From Vairimorpha necatrix (Eukaryota), in assembly GCA_036630325.1 (NCBI GenBank), contig CP142734.1, positions 186,001-250,000 of the forward strand: DNA of 64,000 bases, written 5' to 3'. Below, piece after piece: positions 23,585-37,400 of this stretch. Numbering within the stretch: position 1 is the stretch's first letter; each line of letters begins with the position of its first letter. The position numbers were made by a program, and so were the translations under genes. The notes beneath the pieces were generated by a model, which was not told where the DNA came from, did no database searches, and saw only the letters and a program-made list of their open reading frames with translations.

Positions 23585-24918
23585 TTGATCTTTTAGGTTT
23601 TTTTCTTTTTATGTATTTAACTTGAATTTACCTTGAAATCAGTGTTACTAAAAAATTTTTCAACATTAAAAATTTAAAGTTTACTAAAATTGGTCAAAAT
23701 TAAATTTTTAATTTTTATATTTATTTCTTTAAAGAAAAAAATTTAAACGTAAGAGAATAAAAATTTGACAATGATTATAACATCTTTTAGTAAAAAAATA
23801 CAAAATAAATAATTTTGGAACTTTTTTTACTTCATATATGATATTATTAATAATGAACCAAATATAAAAAACTTGCGTTTTTCGATATTCATTGCAAAAA
23901 AATCGAAGATTTTCTATGTTATATGTTAAGCTCTTATATATCTATAACTTGTATTTACTTTTTAATTAATAAGTAAAACATTGAATATGTTTTTGATTTG
24001 AATAAATGGCTAAAATATGTAGTAAATGTCAACATGTTTATTGTTAATTTCCCTCCCTCTTTTAAAAATGTTTTTAATTCTTTTGTTTTAAATCAAATCT
24101 GTCCATTTGTGTGAATATGATTGGTCAGTATTTGATAGGCTACGCAGTATATACTTCATGATTGAAATAATAAGAATTATAGCTTTGTGTTAAATAAAAA
24201 AAATCCAACCACATGCTTATTTGTTATGTAGTACAAAAATGATTAAGAGTTAAAAGCTCTTTTTTAAATATTGCAAGCTTACATTACCGTGTGTACAAAT
24301 AAAAACTTTAAACGTATTTTTTTTATCTCTTCGATCTAATAATATGGTCATATTTTAATAAATTGCCTTTTTTACAAAAAAAGCTTTCAAAGAAGTTCTA
24401 GAAAAAGTTTTAAAATCAATAAATGTTCTAACATTTTTATTACAATGTAAAATATATGGCTCAAATCAGAAGTTGAAGTGTTTGAAAACTAGTTTATATG
24501 TAATTTTTAATTTGCAATTATAAATTATTGAAGGACGTTTTGCAAAAGTAAAATATCGAATAAATATAAGAGTAGTTACTTAAGATCATATTTTAGTAGA
24601 CTATTACATAATTAAAACAAAATATACCTTACGGTCTTGACACATTTTATTGAAAAAAATCTATATTACACATTTACAGTGATAAGAAAAACATGGTTAT
24701 GGAATACATTTAGTTCTCGATAAAGATTAATTATACATAATTAATACAGAGGAAGACATGTTAAAAAATTGATATTCTTAATGGTCTAAAAAACTTGCAA
24801 TAATTAAATAGCATACAAAGAATAAATTATGTGGGAATATTTACTAATATAAATGCAAAATATGTCGAGAATTTTCAGATAAATATTCAGATATAAAAAT
24901 CTTTTTTATTATATTTAA

Positions 24919-26700
24919 TGTCACAGTTAGTTGGTGGAACCAGTTAGTAGAGGGAACCCTAAAAAAAATTATAAAAAAAGACCCCCGTGGGAATCGAACT
25001 TGGGACTTCTCGAAGGAATACAATCACAATGAACGACTTTTTTGAGACGGTTCTAAATTTGTCCTAATTATATTATGGGGGATATTTCGAGTAATTTTTT
25101 ATAAATTTGGAGGGAAAAGAAATAAAAAAATAAAATAAACAACTTTTTTAAAAAATTTATTCGTTATCAAGCAATCTTAGATCTCTAGTGTAAATTTCTT
25201 CTATAATAACCAATGGATCAGCTTCTTTAGATAACTTTACTTTATTAAATTTAAGTATATCCATTACAATATATACATCGACATCCAAATGTTCGTATAG
25301 AGGAAGCCTTCTAGTACTTTGATTATTGTCTAAATATGGTCTTATAAGAACCCTATCTCCCAATTTATATTCATAAAAGTCATTTCTCCACATAATTCTT
25401 TCAATCATTCTATTAGCAGCATTTTTTTATTAAACCGTGCAGATTCGTGGTAAATTCCATTTAAAAAAAGATTTTCATTGTTTAAAGCATATAGTTCTTC
25501 GTAATTTACGACGTTATTTTCTTCAAAAACAAATTCTTCTCTTCGTTCTTCTTCCTCATTTTCAACTTCGTTGTTATTTGCAACCGAATCTGTTATATCA
25601 GTGATTCTAGATTCTTGCATTATGTCTTTAATGGGCTTACCAAACATTAATTGAATGGAGTTTGTTTAGTTGTTGAATGCCTTAAGTTGTTATATGCCCA
25701 GGTAACTTCTTGGCGTACTATGGACCATTGCCCTAAGATATTCTTCGACCTCAGAGTAGATGCAATTATCCATTTTATTGTTTGATTGCATCGTTCTATC
25801 TGTCCTTGTATCCAAGGACATCTAGCTCTTCCTCTTACATGTCTTATTTCATACTTTACACATAAATTCACGATATATTGATTAACAAATTCTCTACCGT
25901 TGTCGGTATGAAGTATAAAACAAGATCTAAACGTATTGAATAGTGTTTCAAAGGCATCACGCACACTTCTGCCAGTTTTGTCACGCAATGGAACCGTCCA
26001 ACAGAACTTGGTAAATGAATCCACTGCGTCAAGTAACCATTTATATCCATTATTGAGTTCGTGATACAATCGAAGATCAATCAAATCAGCAATATACCTT
26101 TCTCTAGGATATTTTGAAATGATTGGTCTAACAACTGGTCTAGTTATTAGGTTTCTTATTGCTTGACAAATATCACAACTTTTCAAAACTCTCAGTACTT
26201 CGTTTTGAGTAACGTCGTATACTTTTGATTGTAACAATGGATACAATCTGTCACGCCCAGGATGTCCATTAGAAACATGAATCAGTTTGATGAAATCAGA
26301 TTTGAAACGCTGCTCATTGGTTGTAAAGAATCTCAATGATCTATATTGGTCTACTTTAAACCTCACAGTTAGTTCAAAATTTCCATTGTTGTTTTCTTCA
26401 AACAACATGAAACGTTCAGCTTTTCTTTTAAAATTTTTACGATCAACTTTGTCCAACAACGTTGGTGGCAGCTGACCATATAATAAAAAATTGTAAACTT
26501 CTTGTCTTTTATCATTGTTCATTTTTATTCTCATAACCCCACAAAACAAAAAATTATTTACTATAAATTGAAGGATAATTTTACTGTAATTTCTTAATAA
26601 TATTTTTTTCCTTTCTAAGTAAATTTTGTTTTTCTTCGAGAGGTCCTGGGTTCGATCCCCACAGAGCTCTTTTTTAGGGTTCCCTCTACTAACTGCGACA
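24919..26700 (-). mobile_element. Integrase-type DNA transposon (Ginger2/TDD, KRBA2/SCAND3-like transposase)
   Basis: TGT...ACA termini; imperfect TIRs (cagttagtagagggaaccctaaaaaa... / ...ttttttagggttccctctactaactg); 5-bp TSD tttaa (24914-24918, 26701-26705); single integrase gene, no RT. Confidence 0.88.
25157..26534 (-). pseudogene. Retroviral-like DDE integrase/transposase, split by two frameshifts (~25647, ~25406)
   Basis: HHCC (HVSNGHPGRD...CDICQ), D (IADLID), D (HTDNGREF), E (QGQIERCN), YNN.RH.TTKQTPF; C-terminal YKLGDRVLIR; GGGG motif precedes ATG 26534. Confidence 0.9.
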
Positions 26701-29700
26701 TTTAATACAAAAGTAAAATGCCATTATTGGTCATTCGCTCAACAAATATGAACTTTTGTTCAAAAAGACCTTTAAGCAATTTTGATATAATTACATACAA
26801 TAATTATAAAATACAAGTTCATCTCCTGATAAATTTTTTTTTTAAAAAAACGGTATATAAAACAAAAAAATAAAGCTTACGTCTATAGAATTTTTTAATG
26901 TCATACAAATTTTTATTTTATTAGAAACATTTTCTTTGTTATTCCAAAAAATGCGTTGTTTTATTATCAAACAAAATAAAAAATGTTCATAACTTAATTT
27001 TGCCCCAAAACTTTCTTTCAACAATGTTGTTTGTTTTATTATATAAATATATTTATTAAAATTTTCTTGAGAATTTTTTTCAGTAGACGTGCCCTAGCTT
27101 AACATCAAGTGTTATATTTAACTACGGATCCATTCGCATAGCCAATCTTTTTTTGTGCTAAAACAGTCTAAAAAACTTGACTAAGTGCATCAATATTACC
27201 TGGATTTTTCTAAAAAACAATATTTTGGAAATACTGTACGAATTAAACATTCTATTTAGAAAACATATTACAAAAGAAAATAAAATATTTATATTATTGT
27301 ATATCTCTCTTTTATCCTAAAAAATTCAATTGCTCTAAATAACATTTAAATTGTTTAAAGTACTTCGATGTATTTAAAAATAATTTGCGTTCCTTTATTA
27401 TTTTCATTGAGCATTACATACATATTATCTCTCATTTACGTTTGTTCTTTTCAATACTTCTTTCTAAAAGAATTCAAACTCTCAAAATAATAAAGTCGAA
27501 ACTACATTATACTTAATAAATCTTTTACGATGAGAAAACTGTACGTTGAAAAAAAAACTTATCAAATTGAAGGTTCAATCGATGTTATTATAACGTTAAT
27601 AATGTATTACACGATAAAGAAATATAAGTTAGTTTAAAAATTAATTATGATAGTATTACGAGATATTTGTAATTTAAATTGCAAATTATCATATATAAAA
27701 AAGAATTTTATTAAATTTTCTACCCTCTTTTTTGTGGGTTTGTAAACTCCAAATTATAATTACAGCTTATTATGTTATAAAAAATCAAATACAAACTCAA
27801 TAATGGATTTTGACTATTAATATGCGTATAATATGCTAATACTTTTTTTTTGTTTAAATTATTATTTTTGTAAAACTCAGTTCCAAAATATCGTCAGAAT
27901 CGTTTTTTGAATTTATTTAGCCCTTCTACGAAAAATTGAAATAACTTCTAAGCATCGAAAATTTCAAATAAAGTGTTAAAAATCGAGCTTACAAGATTTC
28001 AAAATCATAATATTAGGATAATGTGTGTTTATATACCATTTTGCTCTTTTTTAAATTAAAAAAATATTTTCTCTATTTAAATCAAAATTCTTTCTTTAAA
28101 ATACATTCAATCTTAAAAGGAATCTAAAAAGCAAAGGAGTTACATTTAAAGAAACTCACATATAAATCCCGTTATAAAATAGAGAAAGCATACGCTAGTT
28201 ATTTTTTTACATAATTTTTATAAATATTAAAAAGATTTGATATAAAACAAAAATATTAAATTACAACATGTCAAAATATTAGAAAAAAATATAAACGAAT
28301 TTAAAGAACTTTGTATTTATATGTAAAATTATTTTTATTGTTCATAAATTTTGAAATTTTGAATTATATAATATTGTTTTTCTACATGAGGTATGTATTT
28401 TGGAAAAACTAGCGATTAATATTATAATTGTATCTAACTTGAAATTGAAACCTTAACGTATTTTATATACCCTCATATGAAGATTAAAATTTTTTCATAT
28501 TCTATATAATTGGGAAAAAACTAGTATGTATGTATTTAGATGACAAATTTTTGTCGTATATTCGAAATTATTAAAACAATATGAGATAAACACACAAAAT
28601 TTTTTCTATTTACAGCAACTTAACTTAAAGACAAAAAAAATACGACTGTTGATTAAATTCAATGTTTTTCAGTTATATTGTAGTTTTTGGTATATTAAGG
28701 AAATAATACACAAAATACTGTTAATTTCGTCTAATATATAATCAAACTATTTTTAACTTAATTAAGCATCCAAAACTACTAAATAATGTTATGTAGTTAA
28801 TAAAACATAAAAAACAATTTCCTGTTCTAAAATAAATACTGACGCCTTAATTTCTAGATTTGGGTAGTCAATAGAAAGTATATGAACGATTTAGTAAAAT
28901 TGAATGTTTATTAGACAATGTAAAGTAAAAATAAGTTCCATTTTTTTTACACGAGTAAGATATTGCACATGGCATCTGACTATTACTTTATATGATATCG
29001 AATATTATGCTCATAGTCATATAATTTGTATTTGAACTGTCTTGTAAAATCTTGCTTACTAAAAATCTATAAATTGAACTATCAAATTTCGTCGTCATCA
29101 AATGGACAAATATTATTTTTAAAAATTTATTGCGAATAGCTATTAATACAAATAATTGAATATAAAAAAGTATTGTTTAGTCGTTTAAAATTTTTAATTA
29201 ATATGAATTAAAATTAACGTAATAATAAAATATACCTAGAACAAACAATATGCTGTTGACTAAGAACATCTTTATAATAACATGCAGAGCGTTGAGCACC
29301 CGTTTTGTGAGAAATTTAAGTTTCTTATAGAAAAAGAATATTTTGTACTTTTGACTACGTTGTAAGTTTAATCTTTTATTAGAAAAGAAGCAAGTCATTT
29401 TTTAGGTTACGTGTAATTTGTATTGAATAGATAATGATTATATTTTTTTAATTTTCTTAACAATAATTGTGATGTTACTTTCTGAATATACAGCGCCAGA
29501 TATATTTAACAAGTTCTCATACAGTTCATTAAACTTACATGACCAGTATCGAGCTATGACAGCACACAAAACATGAGCTAAGAAGTAACTATTGGTTGCT
29601 GTATATTTTACCAATCTAGTTTTAATTGTATATATTTAGGGTTGTTTGTAAAAACATATTTACAATTGTATTAAAGATATTATGATATGAAATTTTTTTG

Positions 29701-32700
29701 GCTTTTATTATGTAAAAATTCATATGATATGATAAAAAGTTATATAAAATCGATTAAATTCTAATAATTTGCCTTCTTTGAAATTATAATTTCAATTTTT
29801 ATATTGATATTCTATTTTGGAATTTTGTTCACAAAAAGCATATCAGGGGGTTGCAATTTATTTTCTTGCTTAAACGTTTCTTTTATGATTACTGTTAGAC
29901 ATATCCAAGTTAAGGGTTTCTTATTTCTAAATATATTTAGGATAATAATTAACAACAATTACAAACCTGCATTATTACTATTTTAATATTGTAACAAAAA
30001 CTATGAAAGCATTTTAAATTTTGAAGAAATGGGATTAATGACCAATAAGAGACTCTGATATCAAATGTACACATTTGGAATGAATCAATAAATGTTAAAA
30101 AGTATTTTATAATTAACAAAAGAAAAGTTTTTTTCATTTAAACAATACACCACATTAGTACTAACATATTTTATATATATATATTTATCTTCGAGAGAAA
30201 AAATATCCCGATGCAAACTATGCGTTGTTTTTACTTATTTTCAATTAACCCCCAATAGGTTTAATGAACTAAAGAATGTCTTAGGAGTTATGATATATTT
30301 TTATTTATGTTATAGGTTATATATTTTGACCTTTTCTTAAAAAATATTACTACTTGAATATTGACTTTGTATTTAAATTATTTATAATTAAATAATCAAA
30401 ACATACTAATATTGACAATTATAATCTGTAGATAAGCTCAAATAAAATGCATTTTATAAGATACCTTTCTTTTATATACGTGCCTGAAACAATTTTTTAT
30501 TATAAACAAACTAAATTGAACAAAATTGTCTGATACGTTTGGGCTATATAGCAAAGATTAGTACCTAGAGTTACAAAAAGACATATTAAAAGATCAAAAA
30601 CGGCTGGCCTAAAGTGTGCATATTTAGTTCATAAAATAATTGAATGTATATCATATTATTGATAAAATAATTTTTTGTATATCTTAAAGGTATAACTTAT
30701 TAGATGCTCTAAAATCAATTATTTGTACTATTTAAATACTTCAATGCATAAGAAGGATTTTGTGTAAAATCTGATTGGTACTCCTTTCCTATTCATAAAT
30801 GTCACCTACGTGTATTTTCATAAGAAGAATATTTTAAAAAATGCATAAATTTTTACCCTTGTATGTTATAAAAATTCTAAAGAATATTATAAACACTATA
30901 CAAAATTTTAAAGATATAGTTGAATTTCAGACTATTTAGATTGGGTTGGCCTTTTTGAAAAGAGGAAACCGTAGTACTGTATTAAATATAAACAATCCTC
31001 ATTATTAAAATGTTACTTAGAAAATCAATTTTTATAATAATAAGAATTTTTATATTGTACCAAAAGAACTTATTTTTTTATTTTGAAGCGTTTGAACATT
31101 TTATAATGTCTTGCATAATATTTTGGTAAGCTTAACATAAAAATTAATATTGTAATTATTGAGCATAATATAACAGATAATATCCCAACGATACTTGAAA
31201 TGAATAAGAGGGAAGCAGTAATGTTTGATTTCCTTTATATTTCTATATTTAAAAGTAATAATTATATAGATAAAACATAAACAATACTTAACTGTATTTG
31301 ATTGATCTTTAATAATTTATGTAGGATAATTTTAAAAATATAATAAATTTCCAAAATAACTCATAAGTCCCTTAGTATACAAATTTAAACCTTGTATAAT
31401 CTAGCAATCCTCACAAAAAGTCTAAAAAATACTTTGGTCTACAGTTAAAACAATATTCAAATATAAATATTTTTACTTATTCCTAAGATAGAATGTTAAA
31501 TAATTGTGTAAAGTTCCAAATTCAGACGTATTTTACCATTCCGGTTTTCTTTTTATATGTACGAAAAAATGATATTAATATAAAAACTTTCTGTTATGTA
31601 TTTTTATATTGCAAACCAATATGTATTATTATAAATGTTTTGGTTTATATAGATTATAATATTATTAGAATTGAACTTCTGATGCGTCAACATTTTTATT
31701 TTGTACATTTGTAGTACGAATATCAAAATTTTTTTTCTTACAAATAAAGTGATCCTAGTTTATTTTCTTAAAGTGAAAATTTTGAATTTTATTTTTTTTG
31801 ATTAACAAACAGCAATTTTTTGTATTTAATTCCAAACGTTATATCTACATAAATTTATGCTAAACGTTACAATATATTAGTTCTATAAAAAGCGACTTTT
31901 TACAAACTCAAGGCATTTATTTTATTGTGATATTGTGTTATGCTCAGAATCTGACGCAGTTATAGTTATTTAAAGAGTCGGTTTATCAAAATTCGATGAA
32001 TTTTTTTTTTAAAAAATTTGTATATATAAGCCATAAATCAAGTTTCTGTTCTATGTCCTTTTATAAGTTATATCTATAGTTTATAATATTTCTCAAAAAT
32101 ACTAATCCAAAAAATGCACATTCAATATATTTAAATTTTAAATTTAAAGTCATCAACAATTTCTATTTTTTTATACACTTTGTACTTGCATAAACTAAAG
32201 TCTTTTTTAACATTTTGCATGAATGAATTCTAAAAATTAAAAAATGAGTTTTTTTGTTTACTTTCTTAAAATAAGATGCACTTCTGAGTCTGTAATATAT
32301 ATTAAAATAGGAGAAGAAAATTATACAATATTTATTATAATATAACGAATTTTTAATTATATTCTATGGATTTACATGTTCATATATGAAAATTAAAATT
32401 ATAATTAATAACGGAGAAATTCTTAACTATATTATATCTAAATCAAAGCTCGAAAATACATTTATAATGTACTTTAAAATTTCTGTTCTTTATTTTACAG
32501 GGATTTGTTTATATATACACAACAAATACTATTATAACAGTTATATTGCAAAAGATAATTATAAAACGACTTTTATATGATTAAGAATGTATATAAAAGC
32601 AGATTTAACCAACCCCTAAAAATTTTTATAATCATTTTGAGTCAGATCATTATTAATTAAGTCACTAAATAGAAATTTGATTGGTCTTTTCGAAAAAATA

Positions 32701-33254
32701 TTTATCGCTTAATTTAACAGGAAATGACGTGGATAGGGATTTAAAAAGGTAATATTTCAGTGTATATACATGAGAATTAGCATATAAAAAAATATACAGT
32801 TTGTTATTAAAAATTTGGTAAATAATAATGTAAAATAATTTGACAAAATTCTGACCTAAGTTTTATTCAAAACTATCTAATTATATAATATTTGTTTTAG
32901 TCAAAAAATAAAATTTTTGTGAAATTAGATTTATCATCATGTTTAAAAAATTGAAATCAAAATATGATATTTATTAAAAAATTGTTTTGTAAATTAATAA
33001 ATTGTATTGTTTTTTTATATAAATAAATTGTTTGATTCATAATATTCTATCGATTTTAAATATAAGTGCTTATAATTGTCAGAATCATATAAATATTTGT
33101 AAGTAAACAATTAAACATTACAAAAACAAGTTTTTTTTTTATCTTCTCTAATTATATTTTGAAATTATGTAGGATAAAACAAATATGAGTATACATGAGA
33201 CGATAACCCTTTTCTCCTTTTAAGAGATAAAAACAAAAAAAATTCACGAAGGAT

Positions 33255-34448
33255 ATGACAAAAAAGAGAGACGAACTAGAAAATCCTTTTTTGCCGATAA
33301 AATCTTCTAAGACACCTAAATCAAATAAACCGTCGAAAGCAAACAAGAAACAAAAAACTGAAGATAAAAACACAGGCACTAATTCAAAAAATGATAATGA
33401 CGGTCGAAAAAAAAATTCTAAATTGAAAAGAAAACAAGATTCAGACTCATTTGATACTTTATATGATACTTTTATCCCAGGTTCCGAGAACTGGCCAAAA
33501 AGACAAAACACACAGATAAAAAATAGAAATAACGCCGATAATAGTATTTATAATTCTCAAAGTTTTAACGATTATAAAGAAAATGATGAAAAGTTACCTA
33601 TTGACTATTTAATTGAATGCGCCAAACAAGAAGTTAAATCACCAAAAAAAGAAAAAAAGACAAACCTTCAATATTTATTAGAAGCTGCAATAGAAGCTGA
33701 AAATGAACCAACCAAAAATTCTAACATAAAAAAAAGAAAGTTATCGGAAAAATCGGATGTTTTAAATAAAATAGAGAAAAGGAAAAATATAAAACAAAAT
33801 AAGAAGTTAGATCATACAAAAAACGAATCTAGAAAAGAAAAAGATGTTGGAATTCTTTCTGAGTTAACACTTGAATATGATAATGAACAACCCCTCGACA
33901 TCAACACAGAAAGTAGGAGATTAGAGACGAAATCAGAATGTGAAGGGGTAAAAAACATACAGATTAAGTTAAAACATAATCAAAAGATTAGTTTAGATCA
34001 AAATGAAGATAAATTAGTAATTCGAATACCAGCATATATTCCTAAAGAAAACTCAAAAACGAAAAAAGCGCTGAAATCAAGGAATAAAAAAGTAAAACGA
34101 GTTATGGATAACCCAATAAAAGAAAGTAAAAATTATCCTAATGACATGTTTCCTGTAAAGATTATCGGGGATAAAAAAATATATCTTTGTCCGTGGAAAG
34201 GTTGGGACGATATGCCCGAAACTTGCAATAAACAGTGGGATAAATTGACCCTAGTAAAAAGACATTACCATTCTCATACTGGAATAAAGGGCATTGAATG
34301 TCCAAGCAATGGATGTAACAGGATGTTTACTAGGAAAGATTTTATGAAAAGACATCTTAAAGAAAGTTGCAAATACAAAGATGAAAAAGATAAAAAAGTT
34401 GAAAGAGATGAAAAAGATGGAAAAGATGAAAAGGAGAAAAAAGAATAA
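33255..34448 (+). CDS. C2H2 zinc-finger protein (two C-terminal fingers), probable transcription factor
   Basis: 397-aa ORF; YLCPWKGW..TCNKQWDKLTLVKRHYHSHTG and ECPSNGCNRMFTRKDFMKRHLKESC; K-rich low-complexity N-terminus with NLS-like runs. Confidence 0.9.
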   Translation: MTKKRDELENPFLPIKSSKTPKSNKPSKANKKQKTEDKNTGTNSKNDNDGRKKNSKLKRKQDSDSFDTLYDTFIPGSENWPKRQNTQIKNRNNADNSIYNSQSFNDYKENDEKLPIDYLIECAKQEVKSPKKEKKTNLQYLLEAAIEAENEPTKNSNIKKRKLSEKSDVLNKIEKRKNIKQNKKLDHTKNESRKEKDVGILSELTLEYDNEQPLDINTESRRLETKSECEGVKNIQIKLKHNQKISLDQNEDKLVIRIPAYIPKENSKTKKALKSRNKKVKRVMDNPIKESKNYPNDMFPVKIIGDKKIYLCPWKGWDDMPETCNKQWDKLTLVKRHYHSHTGIKGIECPSNGCNRMFTRKDFMKRHLKESCKYKDEKDKKVERDEKDGKDEKEKKE

Positions 34449-37400
34449 AATTTATAAGAAAGAAAGGTAATACATCAATAAACTATAGAGTTTTATACAT
34501 TTTTTATTTTTTTTTCACGTTAAGTTTTGTTTTTTTACACAAAGAAAAAAAATACGTAAATTAAACCGATATACACAATAATAAATCAATTATAAAACTT
34601 TTGAAGTGCTAAGACAACAATTTTTAACTATTTTTTAATAGATAAATAAATATTGGACAAGTTTGTTTCTATTTTTTTCTTTTGGATTTTTTTACTATAG
34701 TAAGATAAAAAGTAAAATGAAATCTATTATTATTCTATACAAACTGAAAAAATAATTTTAACTCGATTTTTTTTTAGAATTATACACGAAATCATATTAA
34801 AATTGTTTTACTTACATTTGTATTATTGTAGTCTTGGTTTATTTTGTATAACTTCAAGTACGTAATAATTTCATGAAATTTGATAATGCAAAAAATATGT
34901 TATTGTACTTAAATTCTATTTTATAAGAAATTGATTTTAATATAATACTCGTCGGATATGATCAAATGACATGTTGTAAGGCCGAACATTTTCTCATAAA
35001 TAAGACGGCCCTAGAAAGGAAAAAAAAAAATATGTCTGAACAAAATAAAACATTTTCATATTGTAACAATCGAACAATTTTATGCTTCCAAATTACTTCG
35101 TACTATTGTATGAAAAAACACATGAAAGTAGTATTGTGCACCGCCGCGAGATAATATTTGAATAATCTAAAGATAATTTATTTTGTGCTCATTGACCTTC
35201 TCAACTTTTCTCTTCGTACGTAATAACCAGGAAAATGTCTCTATAATAAAAAAAAAGTCTCTTAATTATATTTGTAATATTATATCATAAATGTTTATCA
35301 TGGAACTACAATAAAAGCTTTCATACTACAAAATTAGAAAAAATCCCATCTGTCACCCATAGACATCACTTTTTAATGTAATTCTCTTCGGAGTTATATA
35401 ATATCTATTTTTTGTAAAAAATTTGAGTTTAATTATTAATTAATGCATAAATAAGAATCATCCGGTCTGTTAAAAATATTTTATTTTCAACCAACCTAAA
35501 TCAAATTTTTAAATGTCGTACATTTATAAATTTTCTATTTCAGATCTAATTTATGAAAACACTCAATATTACCCTTATATTTGTAAAATAAAGAACAATC
35601 TGGTATTTTAAAAGTAACAACAACGGAATAATGGCCTAATTTAGCACTATATCAAAAAAACAAATGCTAGGATAAGATATATTGCGGCAGTTCAATGTGA
35701 AGGGTAAGATAAAATTGACAAAAAAATCTTAAAAACATTGTATTAATACACAAATGATATAATGTGATCAATTTGATTCCTATTATTCATTTTCACATTT
35801 ATGTTTTGGCGCTTTGTGAAAATCTTAAATTTATACATAACAACATAGTTCGTAAATGTAGAAATTATACTGTACTCTTTTTCAGTACAATTAAAAATAG
35901 ATCAAAAGAACTTTAACTTATTTGAATATTCTGGAAAAAAAATTTTTTTTTTGAGTGATATAAAATATGTGATTACGATGTTATCGGCCGAATCTTACAA
36001 AAATATTAAGTGTTGACGTATACTAAATATGCAGTACTATAATGTTGTTTCGATTACTTGTCTTCGTTAATTCAAATATGTATTTATATTCAATTCTAAA
36101 CAATTGTTCATATGCCAAAAAGATAATCTGTTTCGTCCGGACTATCCGTCGTCCACAATTAAGATTATACTCATTTTATTAATTTATTGCTTATGGTCAA
36201 AAGCATAAAGTATTTTTAAATTTTAAAGTAATATACATAACAATACATACATATATACGAAAGAAGACAGTGACATATTTTTTTTATAAGCATTAACATA
36301 ACAACCATCACCTTTGTAAAATACCCTTAAACTACAAATTCTCTAACAATCCGTTTACATGGAGTTTAAAAAAACTCCTTTAAAAATGATCTGTGTTTGT
36401 TTAATGCCTGCACATAACTATATAATTTGTTAAATAATAACTTGATTCTAGAGTATATTAGAAAATGAAATTTATTATAAAATCTTAACGTTGTGTGTTA
36501 AACGATAAAAAAAATATACTGTTTGTTTAGGTGAAATTTGTTGAATAACAAATATGACAGTAGCTATTAGGCAAAATTTGAAAGTAGAACTATTGAATTT
36601 AGTAAAGCCACTTGGAAATTAAAAGACTAAGAGTTTGAATTTCTATTGTATCGTTTACGTAGATATTTAAACCATTAAAAATAAAAATTTTAAGTTAAAA
36701 TAAAACAAACAACTAAATAAATTAGAAAAAAATAAAAATGCAAAAAGTTTATAGTGATTATTACATAAAGACTCATTTATATCAGTAATAAGCTTTCAAC
36801 TGTTTTTATATTTAACCGAAGCTTAAAAAAATTTTACAAAAAGAGTCGATAATAAAGATGCAATAAAATCAGATTGACATATAATTGATGTCACTATCAT
36901 TATTAATATATTGTGAGGTAAAAATACCAAGATTCTAAAAAGTTTTTAGCAAATATTTCATATTTCTTAACCTTTTACTATTATTAAAAAAAATAGACTG
37001 TAGTATAATTTATGCTTATATTATGTATAATATTTTATCATTTTGTTTATACATAACATTAATTTTTTAGTTTCCTTTCTTTTATGACACATACAATTCT
37101 AGCATATTCATTATCAATGCATATTCTAGACCACAGCCTTATAGTTTCGTAAATGAAATTAAAAATATTATTATACACGTACATCGAACGTGATCATGAC
37201 AATAATTTCTCTGCGACATCTAATCCCTACTATCCCATACGATCATTTATAGAGTATTATTGTCCAGAATTATGGTTTTACCACGTATTGTTACTATAAA
37301 ATTTTTTTCATATTTTTCAGTACGCATGAAGTAGTTCAATCGTGTACGGCATACTTCGACTTTTTGAATTTCAATTTTTAGTTCTAATCACATATAACTC

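Larger units (their letters stand above)
16635..23782 (+). repeat. Tandem segmental duplication, copy B (carries two extra MITEs and an internal inversion)
   Basis: Colinear with 2460-7883 except 17596-20026. Confidence 0.95.

Noticed and set aside
26637..26675. Functional tRNA gene
   Set aside because: Only the variable/T-arm/acceptor 3' side is present, with no D-arm, A-box or anticodon loop; it is part of a transposon TIR.
26842..32580. Numerous 60-75-aa F/I/L/K/N-rich ORFs in the long AT-rich spacer (also 48609, 53000, 53625, 56744, 59651)
   Set aside because: Expected by chance at this AT content; no CCC-ATG context, motifs or paralogs.
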